A DNA stretch of 64,000 nucleotides from an uncultured Gemmataceae bacterium (GTDB lineage Bacteria > Planctomycetota > Planctomycetia > Gemmatales > Gemmataceae). A program made the position numbers and the translations under genes. The stretch lies in contig CAVVPN010000003.1 in NCBI GenBank assembly GCA_963750165.1, forward strand, positions 416,001 through 480,000. The letters are read 5' to 3'. The notes below the pieces were generated by a model. That model was not told the DNA's origin, ran no database searches, and was given only the letters and a program-made list of their open reading frames with translations. Numbering within the stretch: position 1 is the stretch's first letter; every line of letters starts with the position of its first letter. This document shows, piece by piece, positions 10,333-20,900 of this stretch.

Positions 10333-11742
10333 GTGTACAAAGTGCTCCTCTGCTGGCGTTATCTCAAGACGAGATATCTGGCGCTGGCGTGTATCATCAG
10401 CGTGATGCTCGGCGTGGCCACGCTGATCGTTGTCAACAGCGTCATGAGCGGCTTCAGTACGAAGCTGCGCGACCGGTTGCACGGCCTGCTGTCTGACGTG
10501 GTCATCGAGTCGCCGAGCATGGACGGCTTCGCCGACCCCGACGGCAAGATGGCCCGCATCAAGGCGGACCCCTTCCTGGCGGAAAAAATCGAGGCGCTGA
10601 CCCCGACCATGGAGGTCGCCGCCATGCTGCAGTTCCGGCTGCCCAACGGCGAGATGTTCACCAAGCCGGTGCGCGTCATCGGCATTGACGCCGAGTCGCG
10701 CGGCAGGATCGGCGGCTTCAAGGAGCACCTCTGCGAACCGAAAAACCAGGTCAACCCCTCGTTCGAGGTGAGCGGCAGGGCCCTGAAGCGCTACCAGGAA
10801 CGCACACGCTTCGCCGTGGCGCCGCCGCCGGTCCAGGTGCCGGGCGAACCGCCACCGCCGGCGCCGCCGGACGTGGAAGTCAAGACCCCGCGCGGCGTCA
10901 TCGTCGGCAACCTGATCGCCAACTTCCGCTACAAGGAGAGTGCCGCGCCCAGCAGCCCCGTCAAGGAAATCTGCGTCCTGAAGAAGGGCGACCCCATTGT
11001 CCTGACGACGGTTAGCGGCCAGCGCATGAGCCCGGTCTACGACCAGTTCCTGGTGGTGGATTACTTCAAGTCGGAGATGAGCGAGTACGACAGCAATTAC
11101 GTCTTCGTACCGCTCGACCACCTGCAGCATCTGCGGACCATGCACGGCCGCGTCACCAGCATCCAGCTCAAGTTGAAGGACTATCGGGAAGCGCCTGCGG
11201 TGGTAGAGGCGTTACGAAAAATCTTCCCCGACCCGCGGCAGTACCGCGTCGAGACGTGGGAGCAGAAGCAGAGCCCGCTGCTGCAGGCCATCGCCATCGA
11301 GAAGGGCATTTTGAACGTGCTGCTGTTCCTGATTGTCGGCGTGGCGGGTTTTGGCATTCTGGCGATCTTCAGCATGATCGTCGCGGAGAAGACGCGCGAC
11401 ATCGGCATTCTCAAGGCGCTGGGGGCCTCGAATGGCGGCGTGATGAACATCTTTCTCAGTTACGGCCTGCTGCTCGGCCTGGTCGGCACCACGCTGGGCA
11501 CCGGGCTGGGGCTGTGGCTGACGTACAACATCAACGGTGTCGAGCACTTCCTGTCGCAGGTCACGGGGCAGGAGATTTTCGACCGCAGCGTGTATTACTT
11601 CAATGAGATTCCGACGGACGTGCAGCCGATGAGCCTGCTGATTGTGAACGTCGGGGCGGTGCTGATCGCGGTGCTGTTCAGCGTGCTGCCGGCGCTGCGG
11701 GCGGCGTGGCTGCACCCGGTGCGGGCGCTGCGGTATGAGTAA
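10333..11742 (+). CDS. LolC/E-family (FtsX-like) ABC permease
   Basis: 'GVATLIVVNSVMSGF', 'KTRDIGILKALGAS' and C-terminal 'PVRALRYE'. Confidence 0.9.
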   Translation: MYKVLLCWRYLKTRYLALACIISVMLGVATLIVVNSVMSGFSTKLRDRLHGLLSDVVIESPSMDGFADPDGKMARIKADPFLAEKIEALTPTMEVAAMLQFRLPNGEMFTKPVRVIGIDAESRGRIGGFKEHLCEPKNQVNPSFEVSGRALKRYQERTRFAVAPPPVQVPGEPPPPAPPDVEVKTPRGVIVGNLIANFRYKESAAPSSPVKEICVLKKGDPIVLTTVSGQRMSPVYDQFLVVDYFKSEMSEYDSNYVFVPLDHLQHLRTMHGRVTSIQLKLKDYREAPAVVEALRKIFPDPRQYRVETWEQKQSPLLQAIAIEKGILNVLLFLIVGVAGFGILAIFSMIVAEKTRDIGILKALGASNGGVMNIFLSYGLLLGLVGTTLGTGLGLWLTYNINGVEHFLSQVTGQEIFDRSVYYFNEIPTDVQPMSLLIVNVGAVLIAVLFSVLPALRAAWLHPVRALRYE

Positions 11743-11750
11743 CGTCTTGC

Positions 11751-11880
11751 TCCCCTCGCCCCTTCAGGATTTCAGAATATGAGGGGGTGAGAGGGTGAGG
11801 GGTGACATGACCACGGTTGTCCTGTCGTCCCTCACCCCCTCACCCTCTCACCCCTCACCAGCTTCTGGGGCGAGAGGGGT
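11751..11880. repeat. nested inverted repeats (GGGTGA/TCACCC units inside CCCCTCGCCCC/GGGGCGAGAGGGG)
   Basis: Seen directly between the permease and ATPase genes. Confidence 0.7.
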
Positions 11881-11902
11881 CAGACACAAGGAGGTCCCGT
11901 TC

Positions 11903-12673
11903 ATGCCGGAAGCGTATCCGCTGCTCCGCGCCGTCAATCTGCACAAGACGTATCGCAAAAACGTGGAACAGGTGCAGGTGCTGCGCGGCCTGGACCTGGA
12001 CGTGCTCCAGGGCGAGTTCGTCAGTGTCCTCGGCGCCAGCGGCTCGGGCAAGAGCACGATGCTGCACCTGCTCGGCCTGCTCGACCAGCCGGATCACGGC
12101 TGCGTCCGCCTGGAGGGCAACCGCATCGACGATCTGCCGATCCGCGCCCGCGACCGGCTCCGCAACCGCACCTTCGGCCTAATTTTTCAGTTCTACCACC
12201 TGCTGCCGGAGCTAAACACGCTGGAGAACGTGCTGATGCCGCAGATGATCGGCAAGTCAGTCTGGCAGTGGCTTGGCTGCCGGCGCGAGCTGAAGCGGCG
12301 GGCGACGGAGTTGCTGGAGCGCGTCGGCCTGGGCCATCGGCTGCGGCACCGGCCGTGCGAGCTGTCCGGGGGCGAGATGCAGCGCGCGGCCATTGCCCGG
12401 GCGCTCATCAATCGGCCACGGATTTTGCTGGCGGACGAGCCGACCGGCAACCTCGACGCCGAGACTGGCGGCCACATCGTGGGGCTGTTGCGCGACTTGA
12501 ACCGCGAGGAAGGGCTTACTATCATCATGGTGACCCACAACCTGGACATCGTCGCCGCGACGGATCGCGTCGTGCGGCTGATGAAGGGCCGCGTTGAGAT
12601 CGCGGCCGAGCGGGGCGACGAACCACTTCCCGGGCCGCACTTCGCCCCGTCGCTAATCCAGGAGGCGTGCTGA
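11903..12673 (+). CDS. lolD: LolD-family ABC ATP-binding protein
   Basis: Walker A GASGSGKST, signature LSGGEMQR, Walker B LLADEPTGNLD. AAGGAGG RBS before ATG 11903. Confidence 0.85.
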   Translation: MPEAYPLLRAVNLHKTYRKNVEQVQVLRGLDLDVLQGEFVSVLGASGSGKSTMLHLLGLLDQPDHGCVRLEGNRIDDLPIRARDRLRNRTFGLIFQFYHLLPELNTLENVLMPQMIGKSVWQWLGCRRELKRRATELLERVGLGHRLRHRPCELSGGEMQRAAIARALINRPRILLADEPTGNLDAETGGHIVGLLRDLNREEGLTIIMVTHNLDIVAATDRVVRLMKGRVEIAAERGDEPLPGPHFAPSLIQEAC

Positions 12674-12679
12674 TTGGAA

Positions 12680-12740
12680 CAGAGGTCAGAAGTCAGAAAG
12701 ACGACTGGCTGACCTCTGACCTCTGACCTCTGACTTCTGA
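12680..12740. repeat. heptamer tandem repeat and inverted copy (TCAGAGG/CCTCTGA family)
   Basis: cagaggtcagaagtcaga ... ctgacctctgacctctgacctctgacttctga. The same family occurs at 34719-34811 and 50102-50222. Confidence 0.85.
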
Positions 12741-12749
12741 GGTTCTCCC

Positions 12750-13610
12750 ATGTCTCCCAAGGTCTACATCAACGGCAAGCTCTTCGACAAAGCGGACGCG
12801 AAGATCAGCGTCTACGACCATTGCCTGCTCTACGGCGACGGTGTTTTCGAGGGCATCCGCATTTACGACGGCAAGATTTTTCGGCTGCGCGAGCACGTCG
12901 AGCGACTGTTCGAGAGCGCCCGCCACATCAAGCTGGAAATCCCGCTGACGCGCGAGCAGCTGATGGAGGCGATCAGCAGCACGGTCAAGGCGAACAACAA
13001 GGTGAACGGCTACATCCGGCCGCTGGTGACGCGCGGCGCCGGTTATCTTGGCCTCGACCCGCGCAAGACCAGCGATCCGCAGGTCATCATCATTGTCGAT
13101 GACATCAGCCTGTACCCGGCGGAGGTTTATGAGAGCGGCATGAAGCTGGCGACCGTCTCGACCATCCGCAACCATCCGAACGCGCTGAACCCGCGCATCA
13201 AGTCGTGCAATTATCTCAATAATATCCTGGCCAAGATCGAGGCGGTGCAGGCCGGCTGTCTGGAAGCGCTGATGCTCAACCACAAGGGCGAGATCGCGGA
13301 GTGCTCCGGCGACAACATCTTCCTGGTCAAGCATGGCATCCTGCGCACCCCAGGCATCGACGCCGGCATCCTGGAGGGCGTGACGCGTAACGCCGTCATT
13401 GAGCTGGCGAAGGCGGCGCAGATTCCGGTGCAGGAACTGGCGCTGACGCGGCACGACGTTTATGCCGCGGACGAGTGCTTCCTGACCGGCACTGCCGCGG
13501 AGGTGATCCCGGTGGTGGAGTGCGACGGCCGGCCCATCGGCAGCGGCAAGCCCGGCCCCGTCACGCGCCAGCTGCGCGAGCGCTTCCACCAACTGGTCCG
13601 CGCTTCGTGA
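12750..13610 (+). CDS. ilvE: branched-chain amino-acid aminotransferase
   Basis: Class IV PLP motifs 'YGDGVFEG', 'IKSCNYLNN', 'ECSGDNIF', 'ILEGVTR', 'FLTGTAAEV'. Confidence 0.93.
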   Translation: MSPKVYINGKLFDKADAKISVYDHCLLYGDGVFEGIRIYDGKIFRLREHVERLFESARHIKLEIPLTREQLMEAISSTVKANNKVNGYIRPLVTRGAGYLGLDPRKTSDPQVIIIVDDISLYPAEVYESGMKLATVSTIRNHPNALNPRIKSCNYLNNILAKIEAVQAGCLEALMLNHKGEIAECSGDNIFLVKHGILRTPGIDAGILEGVTRNAVIELAKAAQIPVQELALTRHDVYAADECFLTGTAAEVIPVVECDGRPIGSGKPGPVTRQLRERFHQLVRAS

Positions 13611-13652
13611 ACCATTTTCCGCTGTTTGCGGCAGACATACCGGAGAACCGCC

Positions 13653-14108
13653 ATGATCGACCTCAAGACCATTCTGGTGCCGACGGACTTCAGCAAACAT
13701 TCGCAAACTGCCCTGAACTACGCCGTTGCCTTCGCGCGGAAGTTCGGTGCGCAACTGCACCTCATGCACATCCTGCAGGATCTGGCCGTGTTCTTTCCGG
13801 ACGCGGTGAGCGTGGTGCCGCCGACGGACCAGCTCAACACGGCCGTGCAGGCGGCCCTGGAGCGCCTCGTCCATGAAAACCACCTGGAGGCGCAGAACGT
13901 CCAGCTGGTGGTGCGGGTCGGCAGCCCCTTCCATGAGATTGCGGAGTACGCTCGGGACACGGGCATCGACCTGATCGTCATGGGCACGCACGGCCGCGGC
14001 GGGCTGATGCACCTGCTGATGGGCAGCGTCGCCGAGAAGGTCGTCCGCAAAGCCCCGTGCCCGGTGCTGACCGTGCGCGACCCCGAGCACGAGTTCGTTC
14101 ACGATTAA
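13653..14108 (+). CDS. universal stress protein
   Basis: 'ILVPTDFS', 'DLIVMGTHGRGG', 'GSVAEKVVRKAPCPVLTV'. Confidence 0.95.
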   Translation: MIDLKTILVPTDFSKHSQTALNYAVAFARKFGAQLHLMHILQDLAVFFPDAVSVVPPTDQLNTAVQAALERLVHENHLEAQNVQLVVRVGSPFHEIAEYARDTGIDLIVMGTHGRGGLMHLLMGSVAEKVVRKAPCPVLTVRDPEHEFVHD

Positions 14109-14248
14109 GCGAGAAACCACGGAAACCACGGAAACCACGGAAAAAAGACAGCAGAATTGAATGGACCGAGACCAACGGCCTGGTCTCGGTCCTGGTCACA
14201 ATTTGTCTGTATTTTTCCGTGTTTTCCGTGTGTTCCGTGGTTTCTCGC
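14109..14248. repeat. 9-mer tandem repeat (AACCACGGA x3) with an inverted copy and an internal hairpin
   Basis: gagaaaccacggaaaccacggaaaccacgg ... ttccgtgttttccgtgtgttccgtggtttctc, enclosing ggaccgagacca/tggtctcggtcc. Confidence 0.8.
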
Positions 14249-14263
14249 TGAGGGCCGTCTTCC

Positions 14264-16932
14264 ATGATGCACTCGCTCGATCCGCTCTTCCGCCCCGGCA
14301 CGGTCGCCGTCATCGGGGCCAGTGCCACGACCGGCAGCGTCGGCAGTATCCTGATGCGCAACCTCATGGCGAACCCCTTCGGCGGTGTCGTCTTCCCGGT
14401 CAATCCCAAGCGCCGGTCGGTCCACGGCGTCTACTGCTACCCCGGCCTGGGGAGCATCCCCGAGCGCGTCGATCTGGCGGTGATCGCCACGCCGGCGGCG
14501 ACGGTGCCGGCCGCCATCCGCGATTGCCTCGACCATCACGTCAAGGCGGCCATCATCATCTCGGCCGGCTTCTCCGAGCTGGGGCCGCAGGGCAAGGCGC
14601 TGGAGGCCGAAATCCGCACGCTGGTGCAAGGCCGCATGCGCGTCATCGGCCCGAACTGCCTGGGCGTCATCCACCCGCCGAGCAACCTCAACGCCAGCTT
14701 CGCGTCCACGATGGCCCGCAACGGTAAGGTCGCGCTGCTCAGCCAGAGCGGTGCCATTTGCACGTCCATCCTCGACTGGGCCCGCGAGACGCTGGTCGGC
14801 TTCAGCAGCTTCGTCAGCGTCGGCGCCATGATGGACGTGGACTTCGCCGACCTGATCGACTACTTCGGCGACGACCCGCAGACGCGCAGCATCATCCTCT
14901 ACATGGAATCCATTGGCGACGTGCGCAAGTTCCTGAGCGCCGCGCGGGCGGTGGGGCGGACCAAGCAGATCATTGTCGTCAAGGCAGGCCGGCACGAGGC
15001 GGGGCGCGGGCGGCGGCGTCGCACACCGGAGCGCTGGCCGGCTCCGACAAGGTCTTCGACGCCGCCCTGCGCCGCGCCGGTGTGCTGCGCGTCACCACCA
15101 TCCCCGACCTGTTCCACATGTCCGAAATCCTGGCGATGCAACCGCCGCCGCGCGGCCCCGCCCTGGCCATCGTCACCAACGCGGGCGGCCCCGGCGTCAT
15201 GGCCACTGACGCCCTCATGACCAGCGGCGGTCAGCTCGCCACGCTCGGCCCTGAATCCCTGGCGGCGCTCAACGCGGCGCTGCCGCCGTTCTGGAGCCAC
15301 GCCAACCCCATCGACGTGCTCGGCGACGCCACGCCGCAGCGCTACCGCCAGGCCGTCGAGGTCTGCGCCAAAGATGCCGGCGTGCAGGGCTTGCTGATCC
15401 TGCTGACGCCGCAGGCGATGACCGACCCGACCGAGACCGCCCGCCAGCTGGCGCCGTTCGCGCACGTCGAGGGCAAGCCGGTGCTGGCGTGCTGGATGGG
15501 CGGCGCCGACGTGCGCCCTGGCAAGACCGTCCTCAGTGAGGCCGGCATGCCGACCTTCGATGCGCCCGAGGCGGCCATCCGGGCGTTCCTGCACATGAAC
15601 CAGTACCGCCGCAGCCAGGAACTGCTCTACGAGGCGCCCGAGGCGCTGCCCGAGGACTGGCGGCCGGATCAGGAGCGCGTCCGCACGATGTTCGGGCTGG
15701 CCCGCGCCGCCGGCCGGAAACTGCTCACCGAGGCCGAGGCCAAGTCGGTGCTGGAAGCCTACGGCATCCCGGTGACGCGCACGGTGGTCGCGGTCAGCGC
15801 GGACGCTGCCGTCGCGGCGGCGCAGCAGGTCGGCTACCCGGTCGTGCTGAAGCTGTACTCGCAAACCATCACGCACAAAAGCGATGCCGGCGGTGTGCAG
15901 CTCAACCTCACTGACGCCGCCGCCGTCCGCCAGGCGTTTCAGTTGATCGCCAGCAACCTGCAGCGCTACGACCCGAAGGCGGCCTTCGAGGGCGTGACGG
16001 TGCAGCCGATGGTGAAGGCGAAGGGTTACGAGCTGATCGTCGGCAGTTCGGTGGACGTGCAGTTCGGCCCGGTGATCCTGTTCGGCGCCGGCGGCGTGCT
16101 GGTCGAGGTGACGCAGGACAGCGCCCTGGCGCTGCCGCCGCTCAACCGCACCCTGGCCCGCCGGCTGATCGAACGCACGCAGATCGCGCAGGCGCTGCAC
16201 GGCGTCCGCGGTCAGCGGTCCATCGACTTCGAGCAGCTCGAAACCCTGCTCGTGCGCTTCAGCTACCTGCTCTGTGATTTCCTGGAGATCGCGGAGATCG
16301 ACATCAACCCGCTGCTGGCCAGCCCAGACGGCATCATCGCCCTGGACGCGCGCGTGGTGCTGGGCGCGCCGGACCAGCGGCCGCAGCTGGCCATCCACCC
16401 GCATCCGAACCAGTACACCACCCCGTTCCGCCTGCCCGACGGCACCGAGTTGCTGCTGCGGGCGGTCCGCCCCGAGGACGAGCCGCTCATCATCGAGTTC
16501 CACGGCACCCACTCCGAGCACACGCTGCGCATGCGCTTCTTCAGTCTGGTCAAAACGCTGTCGCGGGAAAGCCTGATCCGGCTGTGCCACCTGGATTACG
16601 ACCGCGAAATGGCCCTGGTGGCGCTGTCCCATGACGCGGACGGCAAGCCACACATCGCGGGTGTGTCGCGCTACTACGCGCACCCCGAGACGCGCGTCGC
16701 CGAGTTCGCGGTGGTGGTCGGCGATGCCTGGCAGGGTCGCGGCCTGGGGTTGCATCTGATGCGCAAACTGATCGAGGTGGCCCGCGAGCGCGGCGTGCGG
16801 CGGTTGGTCGGCGACGTGCTGCGCGAGAACACACCCATGCTGAATTTGGCCGAGGAACTTGGGTTCACGCGGCAGGACACGGCGGATGTGAACGTCGCGC
16901 GGGTGGTGCGCGACCTGGAACCCGGGGACTGA
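14264..16932 (+). CDS. bifunctional NDP-forming acyl-CoA synthetase-like / GNAT protein lysine acetyltransferase (Pat family); frameshift near 15003
   Basis: CoA-binding domain 'IGPNCLG' and 'SQSGA', '[10 protein letters not shown]', an ATP-grasp region and a C-terminal GNAT 'WQGRGLG'. The two ORFs join by one missing G in a G-run. Confidence 0.9.
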
Positions 16933-16965
16933 AACCCTGGCTGATGCTTGGCGAGCAACATTTTC

Positions 16966-17835
16966 TCACTTCTTCAGCGCCTCCCGCGTGAACTGCCAGT
17001 CGGGAAAGTCCGGGTTGAGCCGCACGTCGCGGAAGTAATATTCGCCCATCAAATGCCCCTTGCTGTCGCGCAGCACCGAACCGAGTTGTAGCAAGGTGTC
17101 GCGGTCAATGTACAGCGTCAGGTCGGTGACGCCGTCCTCCGGCACCCGGGCGTAGCGCGTGCGGTGCAGCACGTGGCACCAACGGTCGCCCGTCTCCGGC
17201 ACCTGTTGCAGCCCCAGGTACTCCACGAATAGCGTGCCCTCCGCCTGGGCCTCCTTCCAGGTGCGATACACGCGCTCGGTCGCAATCTTGAAGCCAAACT
17301 CCGTGATCGGGTAGCGGCTCGAACTCATCGCCGTCGAACCGTTCGGGTCGAACTCCTTGAGGTTGCCGAGGAACGTCTTCACCACCATCTGGTTGTCGTT
17401 CTCGCCTTCGACATAGAGCGCCCGCCGGGCCAGGCCGATCCCGTGCTTCCAGTCAAAATAGACGCTGTACGGCTTCTCGCGGAAGTGGACCAGAATGATC
17501 TCCGTGCGCCGCAACTCGCCCCCGACCCGTTCGGTCTTGCGCATCGTCAGGGTGTAACCGCGGACCTCACGGTCGTAGCGCTCCAGGCACTTGGCCAGGA
17601 ACTTCACCGGGTCGGTGTACGGCGGTTTGCGGAACTGAACGGCGTACGCCAGGCTCGCCCAGGGGACAGCGCCGGGAAAGGCCGTCTGCGGCTGGGCCGC
17701 GTAGACCACGAGCATATCCGCCGCAATGGGGTGATCGCGGAGGCCGGGTGGGCCTTCTTCGGGGTACTGATCCAGGTCGGGGATGCGCGGCGCGAACAGC
17801 AGGCATATCGGCAGACAAATCACTAGCCGCTTCAT
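16966..17835 (-). CDS. DUF1571-like Planctomycete protein
   Basis: 'YTLTMRKTERVGG', 'FREKPYSVY', 'SRYPITEFGF', 'LMGEYYFRDVRLNP'. Confidence 0.7.
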   Translation of the reverse strand: MKRLVICLPICLLFAPRIPDLDQYPEEGPPGLRDHPIAADMLVVYAAQPQTAFPGAVPWASLAYAVQFRKPPYTDPVKFLAKCLERYDREVRGYTLTMRKTERVGGELRRTEIILVHFREKPYSVYFDWKHGIGLARRALYVEGENDNQMVVKTFLGNLKEFDPNGSTAMSSSRYPITEFGFKIATERVYRTWKEAQAEGTLFVEYLGLQQVPETGDRWCHVLHRTRYARVPEDGVTDLTLYIDRDTLLQLGSVLRDSKGHLMGEYYFRDVRLNPDFPDWQFTREALKK

Positions 17836-17851
17836 GACTCGTCCTCCTACT

Positions 17852-17897
17852 TTCTTCGTTCGTAGTACCGCCTTCAGGCGGTACTACGAACGAAGAA
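17852..17897. repeat. GTAG-type REP palindrome (22-bp arms)
   Basis: ttcttcgttcGTAGtaccgcct-tc-aggcggtaCTACgaacgaagaa. Confidence 0.85.
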
Positions 17898-17933
17898 CCC
17901 TCACCGATTTGTCAGCAAAAAGCTCGCCCGCCG

Positions 17934-20900
17934 TCACTTCTGCTCCGGGTGCAGACTCAGGCGCAACCCCGTGCCGGCGAAGCGCAGGTACAGCCCCCGC
18001 CCCGCGCCGCTGTGGACGACGCGCACCAGCACGCGGTTCCAGCCGGCGTTGAGCGGCACGGCCTTGACCAGATCCTGTTCCGCTGCGGGCGCGGGCTTGC
18101 CGTCAAAATCCGCCACCCGCTTGCCGTTCACCCAGAGGCGCAACGGCACCGGCCCACCCGGGTACAACTGCACCGTCTGCGGCTCCGGCGAGTATACGAA
18201 GGTCTGCGCGTACAGCGAGGCGTTCGGCGGCTTCACGTCGGCCCCGCCGAACAGCGGCCCCAGCTTCAGGTGGCCCGTGCCGTCGGTCTGTAGCTCTTGC
18301 CAGGCGAGCTTCTTGCCCTTGCCGGCCTCGTACTCCGCCTTGACGCTCGGGTCCTTCTCCGGTGGCCCAGGCTGGTCGAACGCTCCCTTCTTCGTGAAAT
18401 CGCCCGGGAACGGGCCAACCACCCAGTAGTCCAGCGCCATGCCGCGCAGTGCCTCCTGGGACTTGCGGTCCTTCAAAAACGCCACCAGGTCCAGGAACTG
18501 ACCGAACGTCAGATGCTTGACCACGTCGTCCGGCATCAGCGACTTCTTCGACACCACCAACGTGTCCAGATCCTTGGCGGCGATGCGCACGTCCTTGCCG
18601 TTGGCCTCGCGGATCACCACCGCGTCGGCGTTCTGCGACACCTTCAGGCCCGTGTAGACCTGGCCGCCTGTCGTGGTGGCAGTGTAGCTCTGATAACCCT
18701 CCTTGATCTCCTTGCTCGGTTCCAGAATCGCCTCCATGACCTTATCGACGGAATGCGTGTCCCAGACGCGCGTCAGGTCCGGGCCGACGTTGCCGCCGAC
18801 GCCCTCCAGTTGGTGGCACGTCCGGCACGCCAGCGCCTTGTGGCTGAGGTACAGTTCGCGGCCGCGCAGGACGTTCCCCTGACTGCGGACCAGCTCGCGC
18901 AACCGCGGCATGGCCGCGGGCGTCAGCGATACGCTCAGGCCGCCCTTCGTGACCTCCGTGAGCAGCTGGGCCAGCCTGGCGTTCTTGCCCGCGTGCTTGC
19001 GCAGCGCGTCCGCCACCTGGGCCAGCATTGCCGGCGGCAGCTTCTTCGCCAGGAACTTTTCCGCGACAATCTGTGCGCCCTGCGGCGTCGCGCCGAGCAC
19101 CAGCACCGCCTGTTCCTGCAACGCGGCCTCCCGATCCTCCAGCAGTGGCGCCGCGATTTTTTGCGCGAGCGATGCGTCGGTCGCGGCCAGTGCCCGCAGC
19201 GCTTCCTGCCGCAGCGTGGCGGTTTTTCCTTTATCTTCAACCAGCGCCTTCAGCGCCGGCAGGGCCGCCTTGCTCTTCAGCGCCCCCAGCGCCGCCACGA
19301 TGGCCAACCGCTCCTCCGCGGACCGCTCCCCGTCCGCCAGCCGCTGGATCAGCTGCGGCGCCGCCTTGGCGAAGCCGGTGTTGCCGATCACCTTCGTGGC
19401 CCCGATGCGCACCTGCGGCTCGGCGTCGTCGAGCAGTTCCGTCATCAGCGTCTCAACCTTTTCCCTGGCTACGGTGGCCCCCGAGGTCAGCACGGCGAGG
19501 CCGGCCAGCTTGACGGGTATCTGGTCCGCCAGCATCTTCTTTTCCTTGGCCGTTGTCGGCTTTTCCTTGGGCCGCGGCAGCGCCTTCAGGTAGTCGATCA
19601 CCGGCTCAACCGACAGCGGCGGGTCGAGCTGATAGTTGACGTAGGAGTGCAGCAGTTCCGCCCGCTGCCCCGGTGTCAGGTGGTAGCTCTTGAGCAGCGT
19701 CGGCAGCGCCTGCGCGGCGGGCCGCGTCCGCAGCGTCAGGAACGACTCCACCACCTTGTTCAGGTCGCGCTCGTCGCCGGTGTCGGTCAGTGTTAGCAAC
19801 TTGTCCATGCCGGCCTTGCCCAGGTTCTCGATGGCCCGCACCAGGCCGTCGCGCAGGTAAGCGTCCTTGCCGTCGTCGAAGGTCAGGGCGTTCACCAGCG
19901 CGTCGGCGGCGCCCGTCGCGCCGACATGGCCGATGGCCAGGAACACCGCCCGCCGGGCCGCCTTATCCGTGTCGTTGAGGTTCTGCACCAGCGCCTCATG
20001 CACGTCCTTGTCGCCGCGCCGGGCGTTCAGCGCCAGCGCGTCGGCGGCCAGCCGGCGCATGTCCGGCCCCGGGTCGCGCAGCAGCTTCGTCACCACCTTG
20101 GACACGTTCTCGTCCCACATCGACTGCAGCGCGCCCAGCGCCGCGAACCGGGCCACGTCGAGCTGCTTCTCGTCTTTCAGCAGCCTGAGCAGGGCAGGCC
20201 GTAGCTTTTCGCCGCGCTTCACTGCTTCAGTAGCCGCCCGCTGGCGATCCGAAAAATCCGCGCGGGCGAATGCCTTGAGCAGATCGTCGTCCGTCAGCTT
20301 CGTGATCTTCTCCCAGCTGTCCAGGTCACGCCGCTCCAGCTTCGGGGACTGCTCGGTGCCCTCCCAGGTGAGGCGGTAAATGCGGCCGTGCTGGCCGTCG
20401 CCCCACAGCTTGCCTGCCCCGCCGGAGTCCGTGCGCCAGTCGCAGACGTACATGGCGCCGTCCGGCCCCAGCACCATCTGGCACGGCCGGAACAGCGGAT
20501 CGTCGCTCTTGATGAACTCGAACTCGTGCGTCACCACGAAGCTCGCGCCCCTGGGCGTCACCTGGTAAGCGCGGACCACCCGGCGGAACACATCCGGGTA
20601 GTAGAGCAGGCCGCGGAACGCCTCGGGGAAGCGCGTGTCGTTGTAGATGAGCAGACCGGCGGGCGAACCGCGGCCGGTCTTGAGCAGCGGCGCCATCTTG
20701 CCGGGCAGTTCGCCGGCGACGGCGCTGCGCACGAAATCCGGCTTGCAGCAGCGCGCCCCGATGAACAGCCGCCAGCCGAAGTCCGCCCCCTCCGGCACGT
20801 GCATCAGCCGGCAGCCCGTCCACTTGGAGCCGTCCTCGTTGTCGTTATCGACGTGGAACATGTTGAACGCGGTGTCGAACGCCACGTCGCGGTACGGATT

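Noticed and set aside
14990..15015. Programmed frameshifting in the Pat, sigma or Lhr genes
   Set aside because: No slippery heptamers or stimulatory structures were seen; the pattern fits assembly indels.
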